Assembly (NCBI GenBank): GCA_951406725.2
Contig: OX597829.1
Span: 21,328,001 to 21,392,000 of the forward strand
Length of the DNA stretch: 64,000 nucleotides
Direction of reading: 5' to 3'
Source of the DNA: Octopus vulgaris
Taxonomy: Eukaryota
Shown: positions 10,648-24,509 of the stretch, in pieces
Numbering within the stretch: position 1 is the first letter of the stretch
Layout of the letters: every line of letters starts with the position of its first letter
Notes under the pieces: model-generated
Databases searched by the model: none
Seen by the model: only the letters and a program-made list of their open reading frames with translations
Told to the model about the DNA's origin: nothing
Translations under genes and position numbers: made by a program

Positions 10648-13285
10648 TACCAACTGGGTCCAATGAACCCAATATATATTTCTTTTAATTAAATTTTATT
10701 CAAACTACCATTATTTCTTAGCTACAATATATATGCTATCAGGTGAATGAAGAATTATTGTTTCTCACAAATTTTGATTAAAAAAATACAGCTTCCAGAA
10801 TTATAGCTCTTCATGGCAGTGAATGCAGACAACATTGGAATGTTCTTGGCAAACAGGGATATTACAATTCTTACATGTAATACAAGTTTTCTTGTCTTTT
10901 TGAGGAGCCAAAGAACATCTTCCTTTTTTGGCTGAGGAATCTCAAATGAGGTTGAAGATCATCTTCTTTTCTTGTTTGGTTGAGAAAGTTTAGCAGAACT
11001 AGAAGATTGTTTGTCATGTTTTTGTTTAGCATCAGCTCCAGCAAGCTCCTTTCCAAACAGAATTAGGCTCTGTCGTCTTTTATCCTTGAAACTTTGCAAG
11101 GGAAGCTGTTTAGCAACAATGAAAGCATTCACTGCACTTATACCAATCACTTTGTAGAATATAACCATAGGCCATCTTCGAGTCATTCTTTTGCAAGTGT
11201 ATGTCCTTGCCATCTTATCTAGGGTATCTACTCCTTCTTTTGTTTTGTTGTAACATACAATAACTTCAAGTTTCTTTTCAGCACTTTTTGAATCAATTGA
11301 AGGCTGAGAGTGAATTGTACTCGTAAGTGTGACTACATAACTTTTCTTGGGACAATAAGATAGGATCATAGAATCCTTTTGAAATCCAAATATTGTGCTG
11401 TTGATTTCTCTTTCTTTCCATTTGTGAAAGCACTTGGAAGTTCAACTCTGTTCTTTCTAATTGTTCCAACTAAAGTAGTTTTCTTGCTAAGCAGCTTTCA
11501 AGCCAACCCTAGACTTGTAAAAGAAATTATCACAAGTTATATTGCAACCAGTATTTTCAAGTTCTTTTACTAGGTCTTCAACAACTTTTGAACCTTGTTT
11601 TGTCTCCCTCCTTTTACTGGGTCTTTTCCAGTGTAGATTTGCATTTTCTAGGTATAAGATGTTTCATTGTCGCATATTGTCCAAATTTTAATTCCATATT
11701 TCCTTGGTTTTGAAGGAATATATACTCGGAATGGGCAGCACCCTCTGAATGAAACTAATTGTTCATCAACTGTCATGCATGAACTTGGAACATATCCATC
11801 TTAGAAATTCTGATTCCACATTTCAAATACTTCTCTTATGGGCTCCAATTTATCATCACTTCTCTTTTTCCTTCTTGCACTAGCATCATCAAATGCAATA
11901 CTTGTAACATTTGTTGAAATCTTTCCTGGCTCATAATTTTGTTGAATACTGGGCAGCCATCTTCTTGACTCCATAACTCTGTGACATTTTCATGTTTAGA
12001 CTTATAAACATCTATAAGAATAATCAGTCCAATAAAATCTTTAATTCAGAGTGACCAATTTCCTTCCATTTATCTTTGTAAACAACCTGACCTTCAACAT
12101 TTGTCCATTTACGAATTGTTTCAAGAAGATTCTGGTGCATAAAGAAAGTAAAACATGTTTCAATGCTATTGCAAGACCTTTTAGCAAAACAGGGTGGTCC
12201 ACATTCTTGGCACACAATATTGCAAGATGAAGTTCTTACTGCTGCTTGAGTAAGAGGATTAGAATGCCAAACTTTTTGTCTTCCTGTAGAAACATTGCTC
12301 ATTCATAACTGGGTGGCCTGCAGATAATTGTTTTTGAGTATCTTCATCATCTGATGACATAGAATGTAAACTGTCCAGCACACAATCACTTTCGCCATCA
12401 CCTTCAGAACAATAGAAGGAATCACAACTATCTTCTCATTCTTCATCTAATTCTACTAACCTTTTTGATATTTGGTCTTCATTCAGGTTTTCATGTCTAG
12501 GCATACTGGAAAGCACAACTGAACTATAGGAAAGTTGATAGCACACTAAAGGCAGATATTGCTCTCTTACATATTTATACTCTCCTGAAAGATGATGCAA
12601 TATATTGTAAGAATTGTATCATCACAGAAATATTGCATTACTCTATAACTTAGCAGATTGAAAGTGACACAAATTTACAGGAATATTTTCATAATTTTTC
12701 CTGTTTTATCTAAAATTCAGTAAATAAATTGAATACAATTTTATCTTATTTCTTTACTGCCCACAAGGGGCTACACACAGAGGGAACAAACAAGGACAGA
12801 CAAATAGATTAAGTCAATTATATCGACCCCAGTGCGTAACTGGCACTTATTTAATTGACCCCGAAAGGATGAAAGGCAAAGTTGACCTCAGCGGAATTTG
12901 AACTCAGAACGCAGCCGCAGACGAAATACCGCTAAGCATTTCACCCGTCGTGTTAACGCTTCTGCCAGCTTGCTGCCTTCCTTCTATTTTATATCTGATA
13001 AATATCTATGAAAATATTTGATACTACTTTTATTCTGTTTAGAATGACAAGAATATTGTCTGAATTTAATTTGAAGGTTCAGTGAACCCATACGATAATT
13101 AATATATAAAGTGACATTTTTTAGCTTTTATAAATATATGGAAAATTTCCCATTTGACAAATAAAAGAGAGCCAAGAAAAAAATAAAAGTCACGAGAAAT
13201 CAGCAGAATCAAATAATGTAAACAGCAAGAGAAAGCAACCAAAACAGCTGAAATGGGTCCATTGGACCATTTGGTAGACGGAAGG
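10648..13285 (-). mobile_element. Decayed autonomous piggyBac (PGBD4-like transposase pseudogene, ~12504 to ~10800)
   Basis: YNKTKEGVDTLDKMARTYTCKRMTRRWPMVIFY; TVDEQLVSFRG, PSKPGKYGIKIW; acidic N-terminus from MPRHENLNEDQI; C-terminal Cys-rich domain. Right end ...gacggaagg|ttaa; inner TIR gggtccaatgaaccc near 10656. Many stops. Confidence 0.93.
12746..12978 (-). mobile_element. SINE family B inserted in the piggyBac
   Basis: Full reverse-complement copy of family B with an aagaaataag tail. Confidence 0.9.
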
Positions 13286-13758
13286 TTAAACCGGATGCCT
13301 TTTTTTAAGTCTGAGAAGCAGAAGTACCCCTGTAGCCTTTCCAGGCCTTTCCAGAAGAGTGATATGTTAGGGAATTATGCATATAATGTGGTTTAGTGGC
13401 CAAGGTATTTGGCTCATGCTCATACATTCTCAGTAGTATGTTATATCCTTGAGCAAGACACTTTATTTCTCATTGCTCCAGTTCACTCAGGTGGCAAAAT
13501 GAGCTGTTCTTGTAATTCAAATGGCCAGCCATGTTGCATTCTGTGTCATGCTAAATCCTGTACTGATAAGTTGTCTGAATCCAGTTCTTAGAAAGACTTC
13601 AAATTCGATGGGAATAACTATAAAAGGCTGAAAATGTGTTGATCACATTTGACTCAGCCAATTCTTGAACTGAAACCATTTTCCTATTCCAGTGGAAGCT
13701 TAGAAAATGTGAGAAAATGTCAATGATCCATGTTCTCTAGGTTTGGTGTTCCAATACC

Positions 13759-13990
13759 TATTTCTTTACTACCCACAGGGGGCTAAACACAGAGAGGACA
13801 AACAAGGACAGACAAACAGATTAAGTCGATTATATCGACCCCCGTGCGTAACTGGTACTTATTTAATCGACCCCGAAAGGATGAAAGGCAAAGTCGACCT
13901 CGGCGGAATTTGAACTCAGAAAGTAGCGACAGACGAAATACTGCTAAGCATTTCATCCAGTGTGCTAATGATTCTGCCAGCTTGCCACCT
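13759..13990 (-). mobile_element. SINE family B with TSD
   Basis: Flanked by the direct repeat tggtgttccaatacc. Confidence 0.92.
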
Positions 13991-14732
13991 TGGTGTTCCA
14001 ATACCATTGCTATCAGACGCTGGCCTAGAAGTCATTTGATTAAAGAATTAGTTAAAGTGACATCATTACAAGAAGATTGAAAGTCCTACCTACAGTCCAA
14101 AATCTAGAGATGCAGCAGAAAGAACTGTGCAGAGTCAGCATGAAACATTACAGTCCATCATTTAGAAATTTCGATGAGTATTTGCTGAAGGTTCCATCAA
14201 ACCATCATAGTAATGCTTGGTCCATGATAGTTATCTCGATCAGAAATATTATTTGACAGACTATTAAGAATTAGCAGTAAATACTTTTTACTAGATTGGA
14301 CAAATGGTTCATTACAAGAACAATATAAGTAAATTTTGCACGTTATTTGATTCAGCCTAGCTTAAACCTGAATAATGAAAATGCTCTGTTAGCATTAATT
14401 AAACAAATGGCCTTCTTCATTTCACCTATTACTGTGTGTTATCTCTAAATTTTTATATTTTGAAAGCTGATGTTTCTTTTAAAGATACATTTTTGTTTGA
14501 GTTGCAATACATATTAATCAGTGTGTATAGTTTCTTCCTTTGTTCTTTTTGTATTATATCTGCTCAGTCGGTCAGTATTTATTTGATTTCACAATATATA
14601 TTTTTCTACACTTTTGGAATCTTCTGCTTGTTAGAATTTTTTAGTACTTCAAATATTACATTTCATACCTGACCCATTTGAAACAGTTAAATGAGTGACT
14701 AAAATCACCCTCTTAGGCCACAAATAACAAGT

Positions 14733-14967
14733 TCTTATTTCTTTACTGCCCACAAGGGGCTACACACAGAGGGGACAAACAAGGACAGACAAACGGATTA
14801 AGTTGATTATATTGACCCCAGTGTGTAACTGGTACTTATTTAATTGATCCCAAAAGGATGAAAGGCAAAGTTGACCTTAGTGGAATTTGAACTCAGAACG
14901 TAGCGGCAGACAAAATACCGCTAAGCATTTTGCCTGGCGTGCTAACGTTTCTGCCAGTTCACCGCCT
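14733..14967 (-). mobile_element. SINE family B
   Basis: Full copy; aaataacaa is repeated on both flanks. Confidence 0.9.
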
Positions 14968-15446
14968 TCGAAATAACAAATAACTAGTTCTGGCAGTGTT
15001 CCTCCTTACACCATGGAACTGTCTACTTCATAGCTGGTTGAGTCCTACATTTGTCAAAATCCTTCCCGTATCTCTCCTTTTGGATTTTAGAGCCATCTTG
15101 TAGGACCTGCTTCTTTAACCTTGTCAACTACCAAATCATTTGAAACATCTTAAAAGTTGTTAGAATATTCTAAAATATCAATTTCCTTTTATAGTTTTAG
15201 AATTTTTTGTTACTCTCTGACAACCAATATAATTTGCATAGAACAAATTCTACCAAAGATCCACAATTCTACATCAAACACCATGTTCATGGTTTCTTGA
15301 GAAATTATTTGCAAAAGCCGTATCAGTGTTCTTCATATCTTTGCTACAGACACCAACCTACTCATTCCAAACCAAGCATCTACTATATCAATCGCACAGG
15401 TCTTAACACTTGACAAAGCTATGAGCACTATTTTCTATTTTGGACT

Positions 15447-17365
15447 CATCTTCATCATCATTTAACGTTCATTATCATGAGGTGGACAGTTTGGAAGGCT
15501 GCATTAGACTCTAGTCTGATTTGGCATAGTTTTCTTCAGCTGGATACCCTTCTTAATGCCAACCACTCTGAGAGTGTAATGGGTGCTGTTACATTCCACA
15601 AACATGGGTGCCATTTATGTGACACTGGTATCTGCCACAACTGCGATTTTGCTCAGCTTGATGGGTCTTCTTCTCACGCATGACATAATGCCAAAGGTCT
15701 CGGTCATTGCCTCAGTGAGGCCCAACACTCGAAATGAACTCAGCCATTTTGCCTCCAGGAGGTCCAATGCTCAAAGGAACTTGGGCACTTTGTCTCCAAG
15801 AGGTCCAGTGCTTGAAAGGAACTCAGCCACTTTGCTTCTGTGAGGCCCAATGCTCAACGGGTGCTCTTTTCATACCACCAGCATGGGTGCCACCAACACC
15901 AGCCATGACAATGATTTCACTTGGTTTGATGGGTCTTCTCCAGCACAGGATATCACTAAGGGTCTCAGTACCTAGCCATTGCCTCTGTGAAGTTCAAAGT
16001 TCGAAGATCATGCTTCGCCACTTTGTCTCATGTCTATCTAGGTGTATCTCTACCATAGGTTCCCTCCGCATTTAGAGATCGGCACTTCTTTACACAGCTG
16101 CCCTCATCCATATGCATCACATGACCATACTAGTGCAGTTGTCTCTCTTGCACACCACATCTGATGCCTCTTATGTCTAACTTTCTCTCAAGATGTTTGT
16201 ACTCTCTTGAACATGCATACTGACATTGCACATCCAGTGAAGCATACTGGCTTTATCTCTTTCAAGCCTACACATGTCCTCAGCTGTCACAGCCCATTTT
16301 CACTGCCATGTAGCATGGCTGTTTGCACACAGGCATCATAGAGTCTGTCTTTCACTATGAGAGGCCCTTTGTTGCCAGTAGAGGTAAGAACTCTCTGAAC
16401 TTTGCCTAGCCTAATCTTATTCTCACAGCTACACTCTTGGAGCATCCAACTCCACTACTAATTTGGTCACCTAGATAACAGAAGCTATCTACTATCTCTA
16501 GTTCGTACCACCCCCTCCTGGCAGTTGATGGAGTCTATTTTCTGCCCATTTTCAGTGTTTATTGTACCTGTGCATCTTCCACATTCAAAGCTAGTTACTC
16601 TGTTAACCTTCCTCTGATATTGTTGCGCCATTTATGTATCCAAAGCTTACACTGGGTGCATCTTATGGAGTTTCTACTTATGCCTTTTCTACAGATTGAG
16701 CAGGGCCATTTACCTGAAAGGACTTGTGATTTGTCTGCCTTCCTACTTACTAAGACTTTGGTTTTTGCTAGGTTAACCCTAAAGCCCTTCGATTCTAGTC
16801 ATTGCTTCGATACTTGGAACTTCTTCTGTAGTTCTGGTAGTGATTCAGCTATAAGAGCAAGATCATAAGCATAGAGGAGCTCCCAGGGGCAGCCTGTCTT
16901 AGATTCCTCCATTATTGTCTGGAGGATTATGATGAACAAGAGGGGGCTGAGCACTGATCCTTTGTGAATTCCTACTTGTACCTGAATTCTTCACTGTATT
17001 CATTGACAACCATCACCTTACTTGTAGCATCCCTGTGCATAGCTTGTACAGCTCTCAGCAACCACTCATCTATCCCTAATTTCTGCATTGACCACCAGAT
17101 AAGGGATCAGGGGACCTTGTCAAAAGCTTTCTTCAAGTCAATAAAAACCAAGTACAGAGGTTTATCTTTGGCTATGTATTTCTCCTGCAGCTGCTTTACC
17201 AGAAATATAGCATCTGTAGTGCTTCTCCCTAGCACAAAACCAAACTGCATCTCATCTAGGTTAACTCTCTCCCTGATTTACAATATTTTAAGCATTTCAA
17301 TGGTGATTCCTGATAGACCAGGGGCTTTCCCTGTCTTCATATCCTTAATTGCTAAAATTATAATC
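15447..17365 (-). mobile_element. 5'-truncated RTE-clade LINE (RT pseudogene plus 3'UTR)
   Basis: IKDMKTGKAPGLSGITIEMLK, MQFGFVLGRSTTDAIFL, FIDLKKAFDKVP, GSVLSPLLFII, ELLYAYDLALIA (YADD-equivalent); (tga)n tail near 15447-15460. Confidence 0.93.
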
Positions 17366-18261
17366 CTTAGATTATTTTGATTTAATATCAGAATCATTCT
17401 TGTTAGTTGACCCCAGATCCTGCAATACTCATCTAGAACTACATTGTCCAATGTTTTCAAGTAATTAGGGTATTGCTTTCAGGGAGATTTAGCTGCTAAT
17501 TCTAGCAGGCCAAGTGGTCATGTAAAGATTCCTTCATTGTCTTCTCTGCCTAGTATCAGGATATTCCGACAGCAGTGCTCCAATGCTTTATAGTGCATAT
17601 AAATATAATCTATCGTAGTTAGAATCAGGCACCCAATGTAGAAATGTTCTAACAGGTAAAACAGGCAAATTCTAAGGAAAGGAACCTGATATTTTGGTGA
17701 CTGCCACTTTGTCATGCTTCTCAGATGAAGTGTCACTTCTGAGGTATCCAAGAGCTCGTCTCCCCCCCCTCCATACACACACACACACAACATTCAAACA
17801 TCACCAAATTCATGAACTTCATTGTAGATATTGTAGCATTTTGCCATATTCCACACACTCTCGGCATGCCAATTTGATGTCTTCATTAAAAGAGAAAAAA
17901 AAAAAAAAGAAAGAAGAAGAAAAAAAGACAAAAGCAAAAACAAAGCAAAACAAAAGAACAAAAAGGATTTTTCTTGTTGCGACATGTGAAAAGACACTGA
18001 AGTTTTTGCTGTAAATACAAGTGCTCTCTTTTAATTGTCTATCAAGATGATTATCTATGCAAGCTTTGTCAAAACCAGATTATCTATTATTAAAGGAGTC
18101 TTCTCTTTGATGAGCTTATTTTGCCATTCGTTCTTCATTGTTTCTCCATTGTATTCTTTCTATGTTTCCTAGATTTTGGCAATGCTGGTTTTGTTTAGCT
18201 TTTGAGCTTATATATTGTACCGAATGCCAATTTTAGTCTTTTTTTTTTTTTGTAATTTTTA

Positions 18262-18480
18262 TTTTTATCTTTTACTTGTTTCAGTCTGTGGCAATACCGG
18301 GCGGGAGATGGGGGAGACTCCTTGAAGGCTTCTTTTTTTTTTTTTTTTTTTTGGGCTGAACAAATTCATTTTAAACCTAGTACTTATTTTATTGGTCTCT
18401 TTTGTTGAACCACTAAGTTACGGGAGCATAAACAAACCAGCATCACTTGTCAAGTGGTAGTGAGGAGACAAACACCAAGA
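18262..18480 (-). mobile_element. SINE family A 3' half (diverged)
   Basis: ttttacttgtttcagtc...cctagtacttatttt...gaaccactaagttacggg. Confidence 0.75.
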
Positions 18481-19319
18481 CACACACATACACACACACA
18501 CACCCACACACACCCACACAAAAACCCGCACACACATCCACACACCCACACACACACCCACACACAATCCTGAAATTTTGAATTCTCAAGTTTTCGTTAC
18601 TGCAATTGTTTACGGTGATTATTTTTACATGACTTTTTGCAGCAAATTTTTTTGTATGATAACAATTTTTATAATCTAAAGGCCAACTCCATGATTAAAT
18701 TAAAAACATTCTGGGCTGAATCCAGACCCACAATCCTAAAATTTTGGATTCCTAAGTTTTCATTACTGCGATTGTTTATGGCAATACTTTTATGTGATGT
18801 TTTATGCCAAATTTTTTTGTATGATAACAATTTTTATAACTTGGAAATAAATTTTGGGAATAATCAAAATTAATTGTGAAATCCAGAGATTATTTCCAGT
18901 GACTTTTTTTGTGTGACAAATATGATCATCATTGGGATGTGACTCTGAAGGAAGTAATTGCAACAAATTCTCCAAAACAAGTCAGAGATCTGTTTGCAGA
19001 TCTTCCCCATCTACAGTCAGTAACTTAAAAACTATATACTAGCTTAAAAGCTTCCCAATAGGCGGGGAAGGGGGTGGTGGCTTTTAAGCTAGTCTATTAT
19101 ATTTCCATTCCTACCTAAAATTCTTCACAGGAATATTAAATCAATCACACTACTCAACTGATGATTTATTTTATCATCTTAAAAAGGAGAGATGAAAATC
19201 AGATTTGATCTCAGTGGGATTTACCTTCAGAAAGTAAAGTGCCTTACCTAAAAACCACAAGCATTTTGACTGATGCTCTACCAATTCCATCAGCACACCA
19301 CTAAGGCAGCTATATTCTG

Positions 19320-19730
<411 letters not shown>

Positions 19731-19750
19731 AGATACATATATATAGATAT

Positions 19751-19789
<39 letters not shown>

Positions 19790-20455
19790 AATGTAGATAC
19801 ATACATATGTACAGTGACTTTGTTTAAAATGAAGTAGAGTTGCACAATGTCAACCTTACTCTCTCATCCATGACTCATTTCAATGATTCTTTCTAGCAAT
19901 GGTTTTGCTCATATACAAGAAAGCAGCTAAGATGTATATGTGTACATATGTATCTATTGTGTGTGTCTGGTCAAAGATCAAGGAGACCAGAAATCCAAAA
20001 TAGATTCAATTCAACAAACTGTGAAATGGTCAATCAGGAGACAGCCATCACTTTTTTTTTCCCACACATACTTTTGTATAGAGAGCATGTGCTTATATTC
20101 TTATTCCCTCCACAGCTTGGCTTTGTAATCTTTAAATTTACTGAAGTCCTTCCAACCCACACTGTGGTGTGCATAAAATGCACATCCTTTAATAAATGAC
20201 AAGCCTTCACCCTCGTTTGGTTTTATGAACAAAGTTAGATCATGTGAGATGGATCAACACAGTTATTCCTAAAAACCCTATTCGTAATTCAAAGTAGATG
20301 GATTGAAAGCCTAGTATTATTATGACAGATTTATTAGCAATAAAAAAAAGGAAAGGATATGAAATGTTAGTAAAGTTTGTGTGCAGAGATGTGTGGAGGA
20401 AAAAAAAAGACTCCTCCACATTATAGGATCCTTAGGAAAAAAGAGAGTAGATATA

Positions 20456-20664
20456 CGAAGGGGTTCTGAGAAGTTTCTGGCGTTAAAGTTACCATGAAAG
20501 ACTTGGTTGGAGGCCCACCTTCTGAGTTCTTTTATAGGGCTTGAAAAAAACTGAAGGACCACTGCAATAAGTGTGTGAATCTGAGAGGGGAATATGTTAA
20601 ATAAAATCATAATTAACTGATCCTCCTGTATTTTCTTTTACTGGAACTTTTCAGCACACCCTTG
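20456..20664. mobile_element. Mariner-derived MITE
   Basis: Imperfect TIRs cgaaggggttctgagaagtttctgg / ctggaacttttcagcacacccttg; TA on the left. Confidence 0.7.
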
Positions 20665-20682
20665 TGTATGTGTGTGTTTGTG

Positions 20683-20729
<47 letters not shown>

Positions 20730-21550
20730 AGGAAAATGGAGTGTTTGAACACAGAAAAAAAATCAATTCATTTATATAATAGTCAATTTCATATGGTGTA
20801 CATACATTTCAATTTCTTACTTTCATGAAGGTCAAAATCTCCTCGGGGCAAATATTTGAATGACTATGTGTCAATTTTTGCCCTGAAGAGATTTTTACCT
20901 TCTAAATGTTTACTGCAGTCTTAATTGCAAAATGCTTGGCTGGGTAGGATCAATGGTCACCAATGAAAAGAGGGTTCAAACCAAAGGGGCAGCAGAGATT
21001 GCTGCCAAAATAGCTTGTTGTATGAGGGAACTGTGATGTGGGGAAATAAAAACTGGTTCATCTATCTCCTCGTTGTCTGCCACCCAGCTGTACGAAGTCC
21101 AAAATTTGTGCCCTACCCATCACACCTGACGAAAGCAGCTACTAATGCCAATCCCTCTAGCTTGCTCTCCTCATGTCTGTTCATGTCCCTGGTCTTCCTT
21201 CCCTCACTTCCCTTCTCACCCTTTTTGTTCTGGTCAGGGCCCTTGATTGTTGACATCACATCCCTATAGTTGAATAGTGCAATTACATCCGCTATATTAT
21301 TCAAAACGCCTGTCACTTGAATTAATTTAGAGTTTATTCAAAAGTCATTGTTGTTTGAACCCAAACTTAAGCATCTAACATTTAAAATTTAAATTTATAC
21401 AATTGTTGTAGATTCCAGACAATAGCAAACTAATAATTAACCTTCCTATTTTTTTTTTTTTTACATTCTGCTGTTTGTGTATTCTGGTGATAATGGTTCA
21501 CTTCCTTAACTCCTTCACTGCAAAATTAAATTTCATTGTTATTCCAGCAA

Positions 21551-21741
21551 TCATCATCATCATCATCATCATCATTTAACGTCCGCTTTCCATGCTAGCA
21601 TGGGTTGGATGGTTCAACTGGGGTCTGTGAAGCCAGAAGGCTGCATCAGGCCCAGTCTGATCTGGCAGTGTTTCTACGGCTGGATGCCCTTCCTAACGCC
21701 AACCACTCCGAGAGTGTAGTGGGTGCTTTTTACGTGCCACC
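21551..21741 (-). mobile_element. RTE 3'-end fragment with (cat)n tail
   Basis: (cat)n ttaacgtccgctttccatgctagcatgggttgg...ggctggatgcccttcctaacgccaacc. Confidence 0.85.
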
Positions 21742-22348
21742 TACATACATACATATATATATATATATATACACATATATATATATATATATAGATGACC
21801 AGTTTCTCTTCCACACATATATGCTAAATATCTGCCAAAAAACAGAATTGGTATTTTCTGCAAGTCACGTTGCCTCAATGAACTGACATATCCCGACAAA
21901 ATGTAGTTCCAAACATGACATTCCTCAACAAAAGATAGATTGGGACATAAAACTGCTTTCTGCAGTTAGAGAGACTGAAATTTTGAGTGGATATATCAGA
22001 TTTCTACAGTAAAAAGGATTAATATCTTTTTCAAAGAAATCTCTTATTGCTTCTAAAGAGATGTGTGGATTTTGATCCTCATTTGGTTAATTAATAATCT
22101 CATCCAGATATCTTTGAGACTATTCTCCATTGTTGATATAAAGACAATTTGTATGACTTGTATATGTTCTGCTTTTAATGGCTAATTTTAATTATTGTAA
22201 TATGGTTCCTTTAAAGTAAACTGTTTATTTTTAGCTTTGTTTTTTTTCTCCTCCTACATGAAAGAGCTATCATATCTTTTTGTGTCTCCTTGTTGTTTGA
22301 ATCTAACTGAGATGATTAGATTCAATAATTAACACCTATAGATAGTAA

Positions 22349-22669
22349 GGTGTAGGAGTGGCTGTGTGGTAAGTAGCTTGCTTACCAACCACATGGTTCC
22401 GGGTTCAATCCCATTGCGTGGCACCTTGGGCAAATGTCTTATACTATAGCCTCGGGCCGACCAAAGCCTTTGAGTGGATTTGGTAGACGGAAACTGAAAG
22501 AAGTACATCGTATATATGTATATATGTGTGTGTGTATGTTTGTGTGACCGATAGAATAAGTACTAGGCTTACAAAGAATAAGTCCTGGGGTCAATTTGCT
22601 CAACTAAAGGCGGTGCTCCAGCATGGCCACAGTCAAATGACTGAAACAAGTAAAAGAGTAAAGAGTAAA
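22349..22669 (+). mobile_element. SINE family A with an internal deletion
   Basis: Head and tail intact; the segment between the microsatellite and gaccgatagaataag is missing. Confidence 0.9.
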
Positions 22670-23359
22670 ATATTTAACTTGCTCTCGTACTTTGCACGTT
22701 TTTATATAGCTGACTTTGTGTTACTGTTCTCTCATCAGGGATGATTACAATAACATAGGATGGGATGATGTGATAACAGTAACAATTAGCAAGAAATTCC
22801 AAACCAATTAATGATTTAGTTATTCCAATAAGTTAATGGTTCTTATTTTATCAGTGGCACAGTATATCATGGCAGGGTCTGGCTGAGAGTGTTGTTCAAT
22901 TACTCAACCTGATTGAATCCGCTTTGATGAAGCCACGATTCCCTTTCTCCAAATTTGTTTACAAACTCAGCAAATTACTAAAAGTAGTTTGGCAGGAGAC
23001 TCTATGTGGTAATTTGATATGTTAGAAATAACTGCCAAATCCCCTTTCAATAGATGGTATGTATTAGATACTTCTAAAAAAATGGTTTGGTCAGACCTAT
23101 AATCAAAAGCTGAAATACTTTTGATTATCAGTCTGATCAAAGATGTTCTCCTTGTGATCATTCTGTGTTTTTGTATATCAGGGACTACATTTTCTAATGA
23201 GTCCTTTTCTAAGACAGTGATTTCAGGGAGATTTGGCTGCTATTTCCGGCAGGTCAAGCATCTTCATAGAATTTCTAGTTGGCTTGTCTTGTGTTACTGG
23301 CCACATAGCAAACTGAATTGACATGTGACGGTTGTTGCTCTTCTGCATCCTATTATAAT

Positions 23360-23850
23360 TGTTTCAAAATTTGGCACAAGGCCAGCAAGTTCAGGAGGGA
23401 AGGAAAGTTGATTACATTGACCTCAATTCTCAACTGCTCTTTATTTTATTGACCCACCACTACCAGCAAAGGGATGAAAAACAAATTTTGGCACAAGGCC
23501 GGCAATTTTGGGGGTGAGGGTAAGTTGATTACATCGACCCCATTACTCCACTGGTACTTATTAATTCTTTTCTACTCTAGGTACAAGGTTTGAAATTTTG
23601 GGGGAGGGGGCCATTCGATTAGATCGACCTCAGTACACAACTGGTACTTAATTTATTGACCCCGAAAGGATGAAAGACAATGTTGACCTCAGCAGAATTT
23701 GAATTCAGAACATAAAGACAGACAAAATGCAGCTAAGCATTTCGCCCGGCATACTAACAATTCTGCCAGCTCACCACCTTATTTAATTGACCCCAGAAGG
23801 ATGAAAGGCAAAGCTGACATCAGTGGAATTTGAACTTAGAATGTAAAGAT
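23360..23850 (-). mobile_element. Cluster of nested/tandem SINE family B-type fragments
   Basis: Repeated ttttggcacaaggcc..gatt acatcgacccc..ctggtacttat modules plus one full head at 23640-23780. Confidence 0.8.
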
Positions 23851-24112
23851 GGATGGTATCTTAGTAGTCTTCTGGGCTATTGTAGATAGATATATTCTTA
23901 TGTCTGGGTATTCTGAGATGTGTGGATCGGAGCTTGGATGTAGTTAAAAACAATGAGTGTCATATATTCAGGCGATATTTTAAAATATATTTTAAATAAT
24001 TTTGTTTCATTAAAAATGTTTCCCATATTATGACTGTGAATAAAAGACAAACCCCTGTAGGTTACTGAATCATAATAAACATTTTGTCTTTATACATACA
24101 TGAGGAGGAGAG

Positions 24113-24436
24113 TCCCTTCGGTTATGAATGACCATAGGATGGCACCTAGAAAGTTAACCTCCCAGGCACAAGTCCGGGCAAGGTTGTTTATGGAAGATCA
24201 GTAGTCGCCCATGCATACCAGCCTCCCCTCTCCACAGCACTGATGTTATCCAAGGGAAAGGCAAAGGATCCAATACAGCTTGGCACCAGTGACATCATTT
24301 CTACAGATGAGTTAACTGGAGCAACGTGAAATAAAGTGTCTTGCTCAAGAACACAACACGCAGCCCAGTCCGGGAATCGAACTCACAACCTCACGATCAT
24401 TAGTTCGACGCTCTAACCACTGAGCCATGCACCTTC
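24113..24436 (-). mobile_element. tRNA-derived SINE family C
   Basis: Reverse complement of the copy at 40833-41163 (atggctcagtggttagagc, gagttcgattccc, ttcttgagcaagacacttt). Confidence 0.9.
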
Positions 24437-24509
24437 ACTATACATACATACATACATACATACACACATGCATGCATGCATACATACATACATACATCAT
24501 ACATACATA

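Noticed and set aside
14000-14400. Possible Merlin/IS1595-like transposase remnant (RDAA..AEGSI..HSNAW)
   Set aside because: Too decayed and no TIRs seen.
16964-17380. 138-aa + strand ORF
   Set aside because: It is the antisense frame of the RTE reverse transcriptase remnant.
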